Part shown: positions 24,401 through 33,100 of the stretch, piece after piece
Position numbering within the stretch: the stretch's first letter is position 1
How the letters are laid out: each line of letters starts with the position of its first letter
Source of the DNA: Octopus sinensis
Taxonomy: Eukaryota
NCBI RefSeq assembly: GCF_006345805.1
Contig: NC_043025.1
Coordinates: 10,230,001 to 10,294,000, forward strand
Direction of reading: 5' to 3'
Length of the DNA stretch: 64,000 bases
Made by a program: the position numbers and the translations under genes
Notes under the pieces: generated by a model
Database searches by the model: none
What the model was told of the DNA's origin: nothing
Seen by the model: the letters and a program-made list of their open reading frames with translations, nothing else

Positions 24401-26670
24401 GGTTTGTTGTGATGCTCTTATTTTTACTGTATTGAAAGTGTTTTACATAGGATGTCTGCGGTACCTAGTAGTGCTATTTTCTGTATGTTTTATATACTTG
24501 TTAGTCTTGGTGTTTTGTTTTGTATTTGTCTGAATGTTTTTGGTTTTTTTTTATCATAATAATGCACCTCTTATGATAGTTGTTTCTGCTTTTAGACTCC
24601 ACATTCGAGTTACCTCTATTTCCCGGTCTTTGTATTTTGAAAGATTCTCCATTTCTTTTAGAGTAACTTTATTATTATCTTTTGTATTTCAGAAAGTAAA
24701 GTGACGATAGAAAATCAGATCAAATCCATGGATGGTAGTCAAGCCAAACTTGTACTCAAGGGTCTTGACCTTTCTACAGTGTACCATCTGGAGCATCTGG
24801 TATCAGTGCAAGTGTTGGACCTGTCTTCTAACAATATTTCACGTCTGCACACATTTGCCTATCTGCAGAGTGTGGAATCTCTAGATCTGGACCACAACAA
24901 GATCAACAGCATTGAGGGCCTTGGACTTCTCCCTAATCTCACGCACCTCTCGTTACGCCATAACTGTATCCTTGACTTATGTATCTGCATATTTTTGTTT
25001 TCATTCTCTCCTTTCATCTTCATCATCATCATCATTCTGATGTCCACTTTTCCACACTTGCATAAGTCAGACGGAATTCATAAAGGTGGATCTTCTATGG
25101 TCAGATGCCTTTCCTGTTACAAACCTTCACCTGTTTCCATCATCATCATCGTTTAACGTCCGTTTTCTGTGCTAGCATGGGTTGGACGGTTCGACCGGGG
25201 TCTGGGAAGCCAGGAAGCTGCACCAGACTCCAATCTGATCTGGTAGTGTTTCTACAGCTGGAATTCCTTCCTATCGCCAACCACTCTGTGAGTGTAGTGG
25301 GTGCATTTTACGTGCCACTAGCACAGGTGCCAGACGAGGCTGGCAAAGGCCACGATCGGATGCTGCTTTAGGCCAGTTGGGGCGGTGCTGGCAACGGCCA
25401 CGTTCGGATGGTTCTCTTACATGCCACCGGCACTGGTATCACAACTACAATTTCCATTGATTTTGCATATAAGATAATATTTCCCCATGACCAGACATGA
25501 CTTCACAGAAGATAGGAAAACAAACAACATTGCTTGCACTACAATGCCACCTGTTTACAACTATCACACTAAGTCAGGTCAAAGAGATAACACACATAAG
25601 CTTCTTTCAGTTTCCATTTACCAAATCCACTTACAAGGCGTTAATCAATCCAGTGCTATAATCGAAGCTACTTGCCCAAAGCGCAGTAGAGCAGCAGGCC
25701 TCCTACCACACAGCCATGCCTGCACCTGTGTGTTTGCCTCCTTGTCATCACATTGCATGATCATACACAAAGCCTTATTCGTTTCCAATAATCTGTGAAA
25801 CCAGTTTGCTTGGAAACAGGTAAGTCCTGATGGCAGGAAGGGCATATCATCATTTAACGTCCACCTTTCCTGCTGGCATGGGTTGGGCAATTTGAAAGGA
25901 ACCTGCACCATACTTCTGTGTCTGTTTTGGTATGGTTTTTATGGCTGGATGCCCTTCCCAACACCAGCCACTCTGCAGAGTGGACTGAATGCTTTTTACA
26001 TGGCACCAGCACAGGTGAGGTTAATTTTGGCATGGTTTTTACAGCTGGATGCACTTTCAAATGCCAACCACTTTACAGTGTGGACTGGATGCTTTTTAAG
26101 TAACCAGAGAAAATCTGCCTCAAATTAATTCCATCAGTCTCATGGAGAAATGGTCTTTAAAATAATGATAGTGATGAGGGCATGTGTGTGTGTGTGCATG
26201 CCTAGGTGAGTAGTTTCATTCTGTAGGCTCTGACAAATTGCTGAGCAACAGATAGTGACCTTTGTTGATATTTTCCATTTAATAAATTGTTTAGTAGCTC
26301 TGTGCTTCCAAAGATAAATGTTACAAAAACTCTTTTACTTGAAAAAACAGACAAGGGTTTGTAAAAGGAAAAGCATTTGGCCACACAACACCTCAATATG
26401 ATGTATTCCTCTGACCCATGCTAGCATGGAAAATCGGATATAAAATGAATGAATGAATTTACAATTTGATCACAGGTTGTTTTTCTTTAACCCATTTAAA
26501 CCACAGGCCTGTTGAAAGTTGATGATCTTCGACCACTCCAGTCCTGTGCGGCTCTGAAAGAACTCAATCTGGAAGGGAACGCTCTCACAGAAGATGACAC
26601 AGACTACCGGAATTCTGTACAACAGCTTCTGCCACAGCTGACACACGTTGACAGCAACCCAATAAACTAA
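1968..26670 (+). CDS. RABGGTA: Rab geranylgeranyltransferase (GGTase-II) alpha subunit, spliced gene, 13 coding exons, 574 aa
   Basis: Exons 1968-1970, 5241-5351, 9231-9355, 10223-10410, 11162-11362, 14234-14317, 15586-15671, 17097-17204, 17907-18070, 18481-18569, 21124-21252, 24693-24965 and 26507-26670 sum to 1725 nt and splice in frame with consistent phases. The translation shows the family architecture: [11 protein letters not shown]-terminus, PPTA repeats ([56 protein letters not shown]), an Ig-like insert and C-terminal LRRs. Confidence 0.96.
5241..5351 (+). CDS. RABGGTA: RABGGTA exon 2 ([37 protein letters not shown])
   Basis: cctttcccag acceptor, gtatgt donor, conserved N-terminus. 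Confidence 0.95.
5395..5540 (+). mobile_element. RTE LINE extreme 3' fragment fused to a SINE
   Basis: Translates as [36 protein letters not shown]. Confidence 0.75.
6606..8495 (-). mobile_element. 5'-truncated CR1/L2-group non-LTR retrotransposon with an intact RT ORF (6680-8446, 588 aa)
   Basis: RT motifs [27 protein letters not shown] and [10 protein letters not shown]1-type C-terminus ([18 protein letters not shown]), (ATT)n 3' tail at 6606-6630, no endonuclease domain. It lies in RABGGTA intron 2. Confidence 0.93.
9231..9355 (+). CDS. RABGGTA: RABGGTA exon 3 ([41 protein letters not shown])
   Basis: ttttccag acceptor, gtatgt donor, NPDFxTLWNxR motif. Confidence 0.95.
9437..9806 (+). 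mobile_element. tRNA-derived SINE family S1 (full copy). Other copies at 23385-23840 (-), 37190-37680 (-, variant), 40540-40925 (-) and 49380-49765 (-).
   Basis: tRNA-like head with A/B boxes, dispersed near-identical copies. Confidence 0.88.
10223..10410 (+). CDS. RABGGTA: RABGGTA exon 4 ([33 protein letters not shown]...DERN)
   Basis: ttttcag acceptor, gtaagt donor, PPTA repeat. Confidence 0.97.
11162..11362 (+). CDS. RABGGTA: RABGGTA exon 5 ([10 protein letters not shown]...[16 protein letters not shown]...)
   Basis: actttcag acceptor, gtaata donor, PPTA repeat. Confidence 0.97.
11390..11850 (+). mobile_element. SINE family S4 with an internally reiterated body. Other copies at 2715-2850, 4370-4990, 10615-10860, 52380-52540 (-) and 53990-54120 (-).
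   Basis: GTTCTGAGTTCAAATTCCGCCGAGGTCGACTTTGCCTTTCATCCTTTCGGGGTCGAT motif. Confidence 0.85.
13072..13487 (-). mobile_element. MITE family M1 copy
   Basis: TIRs and internal homology. Confidence 0.85.
13607..13826. mobile_element. piggyBac-type MITE
   Basis: TTAA|CCCTTTTGTTAC ... GTAACGAAAGGG|TTAA. A second copy lies at 26967-27186 in the opposite orientation. Confidence 0.8.
14234..14317 (+). CDS. RABGGTA: RABGGTA exon 6 ([27 protein letters not shown])
   Basis: gttccag acceptor, gtaaga donor, conserved motif. Confidence 0.97.
14866..15192. repeat. About 325-bp AT-rich near-perfect palindrome (foldback element)
   Basis: Arms of about 155 bp mirror each other around gtataattatac at about 15027. 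Confidence 0.88.
15298..15326 (+). ncRNA. Degenerate Penelope-type minimal hammerhead motif
   Basis: CTGTTGA-A-GAGC-GTAG-GCTT-GAAATGTAA. Confidence 0.4.
15586..15671 (+). CDS. RABGGTA: RABGGTA exon 7 ([28 protein letters not shown])
   Basis: tctacttgtag acceptor, gtaagt donor. It supplies the required phase 1 to phase 0 change and matches the start of the Ig-like insert. Confidence 0.85.
15980..16372 (+). mobile_element. SINE family S3 with a (GAT)n tail. Other copies at 5700-5998, 6271-6600, 8770-9110, 13920-14165 (-), 25140-25440 (-), 61925-62175 (-) and 63145-63355.
   Basis: Conserved GAGTGGTTGGCGTTAGGAAGGGCATCCAGCTGTAGAAAC...CGGACGTTAAACGATGATG. Confidence 0.88.
16745..17000. repeat. 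(CA)n/(CACT)n microsatellite
   Basis: Direct reading. Confidence 0.92.
17097..17204 (+). CDS. RABGGTA: RABGGTA exon 8 ([36 protein letters not shown])
   Basis: Long polypyrimidine tract plus cag, followed by the U12-type donor ATATCCTTTT. Confidence 0.88.
17205..17906 (+). other. U12-type minor intron with AT-AA termini (RABGGTA intron 8)
   Basis: 5' ATATCCTTTT, branch site TTTCCTTGAC at 17888-17897. The only stop-free in-frame acceptor is ...CAGTAA|ATT. Confidence 0.78.
17907..18070 (+). CDS. RABGGTA: RABGGTA exon 9 ([21 protein letters not shown]...PDTIF)
   Basis: Follows the U12 branch site TTTCCTTGAC and ends at a gttagt donor. The in-frame start requires an AA acceptor. Confidence 0.8.
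18481..18569 (+). CDS. RABGGTA: RABGGTA exon 10 ([29 protein letters not shown])
   Basis: tttttcag acceptor, gttagt donor, ELxxLExENKW motif. Confidence 0.95.
18663..19715. repeat. 126-bp tandem repeat (7 identical copies plus degenerate units) in RABGGTA intron 10
   Basis: atgttaaataatgtagtcctag recurs at 18663, 18789, 18915, 19041, 19167, 19293, 19419 and 19545. Confidence 0.95.
19730..21055 (-). repeat. Five tandem 265-bp copies of a (GAT)n-tailed SINE 3' part
   Basis: Identical pseudo-ORFs start at 20155, 20420, 20685 and 20950. Confidence 0.93.
21124..21252 (+). CDS. RABGGTA: RABGGTA exon 11 ([12 protein letters not shown]...[12 protein letters not shown])
   Basis: ccttccag acceptor, gtaagt donor, DPxRxxY motif. 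Confidence 0.95.
21433..22810 (+). repeat. Six tandem copies (about 210 bp) of a tRNA-derived SINE head plus microsatellite
   Basis: GGAGGCGCAATGGCCCAGTGGTTAGGGCAGCGGACTCG (A-box) ... TTCGATTCC (B-box) repeated six times. Confidence 0.93.
23242..23269 (+). ncRNA. Degenerate Penelope-type minimal hammerhead ribozyme motif
   Basis: CCGACGA-A-GAGC-TCC-GCTC-GAAAC-CTT, compared with consensus CTGATGA..stem II..GAAAC. Confidence 0.5.
24693..24965 (+). CDS. RABGGTA: RABGGTA exon 12, leucine-rich repeats ([25 protein letters not shown])
   Basis: tatttcag acceptor, LRR consensus, followed by the U12 donor GTATCCTTG. Confidence 0.95.
24966..26506 (+). other. U12-type GT-AG minor intron (RABGGTA intron 12)
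   Basis: 5' GTATCCTTGA, branch site TTTTCTTTAAC at 26481-26491, CAG at 26504-26506. Confidence 0.88.
26507..26670 (+). CDS. RABGGTA: RABGGTA exon 13, last coding exon ([26 protein letters not shown]...SNPIN*)
   Basis: U12-like branch site TTTTCTTTAAC about 16 nt before cacag, LNLxGN LRR cap, TAA stop. Confidence 0.93.
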
Positions 26671-26899
26671 GACACCTGACAGACAAGAAGCAGCAGCAGC
26701 AAGAATGGCATTATTGCTGTCTTCAGAAGGGAAGAAAATCGTTGGATAATGTAACCCGAAATTTATGACTGACGTATAAAAGAAGAATGGTCGTTGTTGG
26801 TGGAGAATTGTATGTGCAAGCTGACCTATCCTGGAGTTAAATAGCATCGGAATTACAGTATTATTTACTTACATTGGCAACAAGGTCACAAGATCTCGG

Positions 26900-26905
26900 A
26901 ATAAA
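26900..26905 (+). terminator. Candidate RABGGTA polyadenylation signal
   Basis: AATAAA about 230 nt after the stop codon, followed by GT/T-rich sequence. Confidence 0.5.
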
Positions 26906-26966
26906 ATTCTGTATATTGTTGTGATTTTATCTTTATTTTTTTTTATTTTCTCCTTTCATACTTTAA

Positions 26967-27186
26967 CTCTTTCGTTAGCGTATTTATTTTGAGTACTCTG
27001 TGTTTCTTTCAATTATTTTAGATGTAACAAAGAATTTAGTAAAATAACTTTGTTATCATTCAGCTAGTATTAGGAACATAAATTGTGACTAAAATTTGGT
27101 GGAAGATTTTAATTCAAAATTTATGAAAACAAGACATTTGTACTGCAGAACCAAAGCCGGTTTCAGCCAAGTTGGTAACGAAAGGG
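26967..27186. mobile_element. piggyBac-type MITE, second copy
   Basis: TTAA flanks, reverse complement of 13607-13826. Confidence 0.75.
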
Positions 27187-27189
27187 TTA

Positions 27190-27690
27190 ACTTAATAATA
27201 AAATTATTGTATACAGTGCTCAGGTGCACCACAACTTGTCAAAAAGTGCATATAAAGAATATTCAGTAATGTACAAATGTCTGGAAAGCGAATAGTGTAT
27301 GAGTCAGATACATGCTTGCGTTTGTATGGAGGGCAGAAAATCAGGTGTAGTGTTGGTGAATCTCAGGAAGCATGGAAGTTTTGAAGGATGCAGTGCTCCG
27401 ACAACTAACAACTGATGCCGGCAGTTTGTTCCATACTTAAGCGTGTGTATGGAGGGGAGAAAATCAGGTGTAGTGTTGGCGAGTCTCAGGAAGCATGGAA
27501 GTTTTGAAGGATGCAGTGCTCCGACAACTAACAACTGATGCCGGCAGTTTGTTCCATACTTAAGCGTGTGTATGGAGGGGAGAAAATCAGGTGTAGTGTT
27601 GGCGAATCTCAGGAAGCATGGAAGTTTTGAAGGATGCAGTGCTCCGACAACTAACAACTGATGCCGGCAGTCTGTTCAATGCTTCATCAA
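27190..27690 (-). mobile_element. 3' fragment of a related CR1-group LINE containing three 123-bp tandem copies
   Basis: Shares the 3'-UTR motif tg(t)acagtgctcaggtgcac and the [14 protein letters not shown] frame with the 6.6-kb element. Confidence 0.8.
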
Positions 27691-28199
27691 CTCTTAGTGT
27701 CTTGCCTATATTTTCCACCATCTCTCCTCTCTCTCAATAGCGAGGATTGTTTAGTCTTGCAAGTTACTTGGTAACACCACTAGTGTAGCGCCATGAAAAA
27801 ATTCCCCCAGTGTACTGATCTAAATAACTGTAAGCGCAGGCTAAAACTACGCGCCTTCACTAGTCGGTTAAGGTGAGACAGTGTCATGTGACAACTTGCT
27901 GGAGCCTAGCGGCAGGTATTTAAAGGGAAAAATTTGACAAGTCAGTCAGTCACCGGCTGACACTCGTTGATGATACATCAAAGAGGCCAGGGAACAGAAG
28001 AAAGAAGAAGACATGCACCCAACACCAGAGCTGAAGACACCTCCGAAAGTGGGGGGCCCCGCCACATCAAAATGGTGGAGGAGTAGGGGCTGAAACCGGA
28101 TATGGTTCCTCCTGATGATGTCTTGAGCTAACTGGATCCTATAAAGGAGCTGTTGTAGCCGACCACGAAACACGGTTGTAATTCCTCTATTGATAGGTA

Positions 28200-29490
28200 C
28201 GAGGGGCGTTCAATAAGTAATGCCTCTGACCTACTTGCAGTTGTTTGATCTAGCTGAAATTTTGCATGTGCAATTATTTATATCTCTATAAATTAAGTGG
28301 CAAATTACAGCTCTGAAATAATTGTGGTTTCTGATTTACAGGTGTTTGAACTGAGTCAAGTGTGAAATGGAGCCTGTTGAGTGGCGAGCAGTGATCCGGT
28401 TTTTGTAGTTGAAAGGACGCACACCACGGGAGACTTTTGATGAAATAAAAGTAACTTATGGTGATGATGCCCCATCATATAACCTTGTAAAACCCTGACA
28501 TAGTGAATTCAAACATGGTCGGAACTCTGTGGAAACAGCTCCCAGATCTGGTCACCCCCTTCTGCCATTGATGAGGCATCTGTCCGTCAAGTTGAGGCTG
28601 CCATTTTGGAAGATCGACGCATAACTATTCACCAAATAGCCCATGAGGTCAAGATTAATACCGGGTCTGTGGAAACTATCATTCATGACCATCTGCACAT
28701 GCAAAAGGTGTCTGCCAAATGGATTCCCAGGTTGCTCACACCTTTCCAGAAGCAAAAACGCGTCGAGCGCTCGAAGATGAATTTGGAGATGTGCCAAGAA
28801 GATGAATCAAAATTTTTCAAAAGTCTGATTACACATGATGAAACCTGGGTCCATCACTATGATCCAGAGACCAAAGCCCAGTCAATGCAGTGGAAGCACC
28901 GTGACTCACCTCCTCCAAAGAAGGCAAGGGTGCAGCCCTCTGCTGGTAAGGTCATGCTCACAGTCTTCTGGGACCAGGACGGAGTAGTGATGACAGATTT
29001 CCTGGCAAAGGGTACCACAATTACAGGAGCCTATTATGCTTCACTTTTGAGGAAATTAAGAGAAGCTATCAAAATCAAGACGCGGGGCAAGATCAGCAAA
29101 GAAATCCTCCTCCTGCAGGACAACGCTCCGGTCCACAACTCGCGTGTCACCAGATCAGAAGCACAGGCGTGCGGCTATGAACTCCTCCCCCATCCCCCTA
29201 CTCTCCTCCCCTTGCACCCTCTGATTTTCACCTCTTCCCAGCCATGAAGTTGTTTTTGAAAGGAAAGCGTTTCCCAAATGATGCAGCCTTGATTTCTGAA
29301 GTCACGTCGTGGTTGGAGGACCAAGCTGGGGTCTTCTACAAAAACGGTCTCCAGAGCTGCATTAAACAATGGGAGAAATGCATAACTCTGGGTGGTTTTT
29401 ATGTAGAAAAAGACTAATAACTGTGCCAAATTTCATTGCTCTACTGCTATGGGAAGTGGGTCAGGAGCATTACTTATTGAACGCCCCTCG
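28200..29490 (+). mobile_element. Full-length (1291 bp) mariner (DD34D-type) DNA transposon with a decayed transposase
   Basis: TIRs CGAGGGGCGTTCAATAAGTAATGC at both ends, TA target-site duplications at 28198-28199 and 29491-29492. Confidence 0.95.
28367..29417 (+). pseudogene. Mariner transposase pseudogene
   Basis: MEPVEWRAVIRFL* start, KWIPRLL linker, THDETWVHHYDPETK, QDNAPVH and YVEKD* end, with in-frame stops and frameshifts. Confidence 0.92.
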
Positions 29491-30055
29491 TAGATATTTA
29501 GATCAATATATTCATTAATTGATCAATAAATAGATCAAGATATTGATAGGTATATATATTTATAGAGCTGGATCTTGATAGATATATATGAGCCAGCATA
29601 TCTCAAGGTAGGTAGACATATATCTTAACCACATGGGGCTTTGATATTTTAGGAGCAGGCATGGCTGTGTGGTTAAGACAAATGATTTCTGACTAAATGG
29701 TTCAGGGTTCAGTCTCAGTGTGTGGCACCTAGGGCAGATGTCTTGTAATATAAGTTAATTAAAAGCATTTTTTTTTAAATTTTTTCTTTTCAAAAAAATT
29801 ATCTGGCTGTGTGGTAAGTAGGTTGCTAACCAACCACATGATTCCAGGTTCAGTCCCACTGTGTGGCACCTTGGGCAAGTGCCTTCTACTGTAGCCTCCA
29901 GCCGACCAAAGCCTTGTGAGTGGATTTGGTAGACAGAAACTGAAAGAAGCCTGCATCTACATACTATTTTTCAAAAAAAAAAGAAAAACATTTAAAGTTC
30001 CAAAAACCAAATTTCAGTGAAAATTATAACAATTGGTTATACAAATATAATTTAT

Positions 30056-30184
30056 TTATTCGTGAACTTTGGGTTTTAGTTGACTCCTAATTAATTCTTC
30101 CCTTTCTTGTGTTTTCTGTTCCAGCTTTATTTGGTGGACCTTCTTTGCTTCCATCATCTCAGCAATGTAAGTAGAAACTTTGGA
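30056..30184 (-). CDS. MRPL52: MRPL52 exon 5, last exon (SKVSTYIAEMM...LKPKVHE*)
   Basis: ctttcttctcctttcag acceptor, TAA stop overlapping AATAAATAAA poly(A) signals. Confidence 0.93.
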   Translation of the reverse strand, partial: SKVSTYIAEMMEAKKVHQIKLEQKTQEREELIRSQLKPKVHE

Positions 30185-33100
30185 CTGAAAGGAGAAGAAA
30201 GACAGTTTTAGTTAAAATTATGGAAATACATGCATATGGCTTTCACAGAAGACATGGAACATTCTAGATTCATGTCAATGTCTGGTGTGGAGAGAAATTA
30301 AACAAGAAATAGCTTACAAACTACAGAATTTTCTCAAGAACACCAAGAGAAAAAGATGCTTTATGTGACACATTCTACCAGTATACGAAAGACATGGAAC
30401 ATTCCAGATTCATGTCAATGTCTGGTGTGGAGAGAAATTACACAAGAAATAGCTTACAAACTACAGAATTTTCTCAAGAACACCAACAGAAAAAGATGCT
30501 TTATGTGACACATTCTACCAGTATACGAAAGACATGGAACATTCCAGATTCATGTCAATGTCTGGTGTGGAGAGAAATTAAACAAGAAATAGCTTACAAA
30601 CTACAGAATTTTCTCAAGAACACCAAGAGAAAAAGATGCTTTATGTGACACATTCTACCAGTATACGAAAGACATGAAACATTCTAGATTCATGTCAATG
30701 TCTGGTGTGGAGAGAAATTAAACAAGAAATAGCTTACAAACTACAGAATTTTCTCAAGAACACCAAGAGAAAAAGATGCTTTATGTGACACATTCTACCA
30801 GTATACGAAAGACATGAAACATTCTAGATTCATGTCAATGTCTGGTGTGGAGAGAAATTAAACAAGAAATAGCTTACAAACTACAGAATTTTCTCAAGAA
30901 CACCAAGAGAAAAAGATGCTTTATGTGACACATTCTACCAGTATACGAAAGACATGAAACATTCTAGATTCATGTCAATGTCTGGTGTGGAGAGAAATTA
31001 AACAAGAAATAGCTTACAAACTACAGAATTTTCTCAAGGACACCAAGAGAAAAAGATGTTTTATGTGACACATTCTACCAGTATACGAAAGACATGGAAC
31101 ATTCTAGATTCATGTCAATGTCTGGTGTGGAGAGAAATTAAACAAGAAATAGCTTACAAACTACAGAATTTTCTCAAGAACACCAAGAGAAAAAGATGCT
31201 TTATGTGACACATTCTACCAGTATACGAAAGACATGAAACATTCTAGATTCATGTCAATGTCTGGTGTGGAGAGAAATTAAACAAGAAATAGCTTACAAA
31301 CTACAGAATTTTCTCAAGAACACCAAGAGAAAAAGATGCTTTATGTGACACATTCTACCAGTATACGAAAGACATGAAACATTCTAGATTCATGTCAATG
31401 TCTGGTGTGGAGAGAAATTAAACAAGAAATAGCTTACAAACTACAGAATTTTCTCAAGAACACCAAGAGAAAAAGATGCTTTATGTGACACATTCTACCA
31501 GTATACGAAAGACATGGAACATTCTAGATTCATGTCAATGTCTGGTGTGGAGAGAAATTAAACAAGAAATAGCTTACAAACTACAGAATTTTCTCAAGAA
31601 CACCAAGAGAAAAAGATGCTTTATGTGACACATTCTACCAGTATACGAAAGACATGGAACATTCTAGATTCATGTCAATGTCTGGTGTGGAGAGAAATTA
31701 AACAAGAAATAGCTTACAAACTACAGAATTTTCTCAAGAACACCAAGAGAAAAAGATGCTTTATGTGACACATTCTACCAGTATACGAAAGACATGGAAC
31801 ATTCTAGATTCATGTCAATGTCTGGTGTGGAGAGAAATTAAACAAGAAATAGCTTACAAACTACAGAATTTTCTCAAGAACACCAAGAGAAAAAGATGCT
31901 TTATGTGACACATTCTACCAGTATACGAAACACATGAAACATTCTAGATTCATGTCAATGTCTGGTGTGGAGAGAAATTAAACAAGAAATAGCTTACAAA
32001 CTACAGAATTTTCTCAAGAACACCAAGAGAAAAAGATGCTTTATGTGACACATTCTACCAGTATACGAAAGACATGAAACATTCTAGATTCATGTCAATG
32101 TCTGGTGTGGAGAGAAATTAAACAAGAAATAGCTTACAAACTACAGAATTTTCTCAAGAACACCAAGAGAAAAAGATGTTTTATGTGACACATTCTACCA
32201 GTATACGAAAGACATGGAACATTCTAGATTCATGTCAATGTCTGGTGTGGAGAGAAATTAAACAAGAAATAGCTTACAAACTACAGAATTTTCTCAAGAA
32301 CACCAAGAGAAAAAGATGCTTTATGTGACACATTCTACCAGTATACGAAAGACATGGAACATTCTAGATTCATGTCAATGTCTGGTGTGGAGAGAAATTA
32401 AACAAGAAATAGCTTACAAACTACAGAATTTTCTCAAGAACACCAAGAGAAAAAGATGCTTTATGTGACACATTCTACCAGTATACGAAAGACATGGAAC
32501 ATTCCAGATTCATGTCAATGTCTGGTGTGGAGAGAAATTAAACAAGAAATAGCTTACAAACTACAGAATTTTCTCAAGAACACCAAGAGAAAAAGATGCT
32601 TTATGTGACACATTCTACCAGTATACGAAAGACATGGAACATTCTAGATTCATGTCAATGTCTGGTGTGGAGAGAAATTAAACAAGAAATAGCTTACAAA
32701 CTACAGAATTTTCTCAAGAACACCAAGAGAAAAAGATGCTTTATGTGACACATTCTACCAGTATACGAAAGACATGAAACATTCTAGATTCATGTCAATG
32801 TCTGGTGTGGAGAGAAATTAAACAAGAAATAGCTTACAAACTACAGAATTTTCTCAAGAACACCAAGAGAAAAAGATGCTTTATGTGACACATTCTACCG
32901 GTATACGAAAGACATGGAACATTCCAGATTCATGTCAATGTCTGGTGTGGAGAGAAATTAAACAAGAAATAGCTTACAAACTACAGAATTTTCTCAAGAA
33001 CACCAAGAGAAAAAGATGCTTTATGTGACACATTCTACCAGTATACGAAAGACATGGAACATTCTAGATTCATGTCAATGTCTGGTGTGGAGAGAAATTA

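Noticed and set aside
24966-25156. C-terminal extension of ORF 24701-25156 ([13 protein letters not shown]...)
   Set aside because: Intronic read-through past the U12 donor. The true C-terminus is in exon 26507-26670.
27720-28197. GC-richer segment with TATA-like and donor-like motifs left of the mariner
   Set aside because: No recognisable ORF, paired termini or second copy. There is not enough evidence to call a promoter or LTR.
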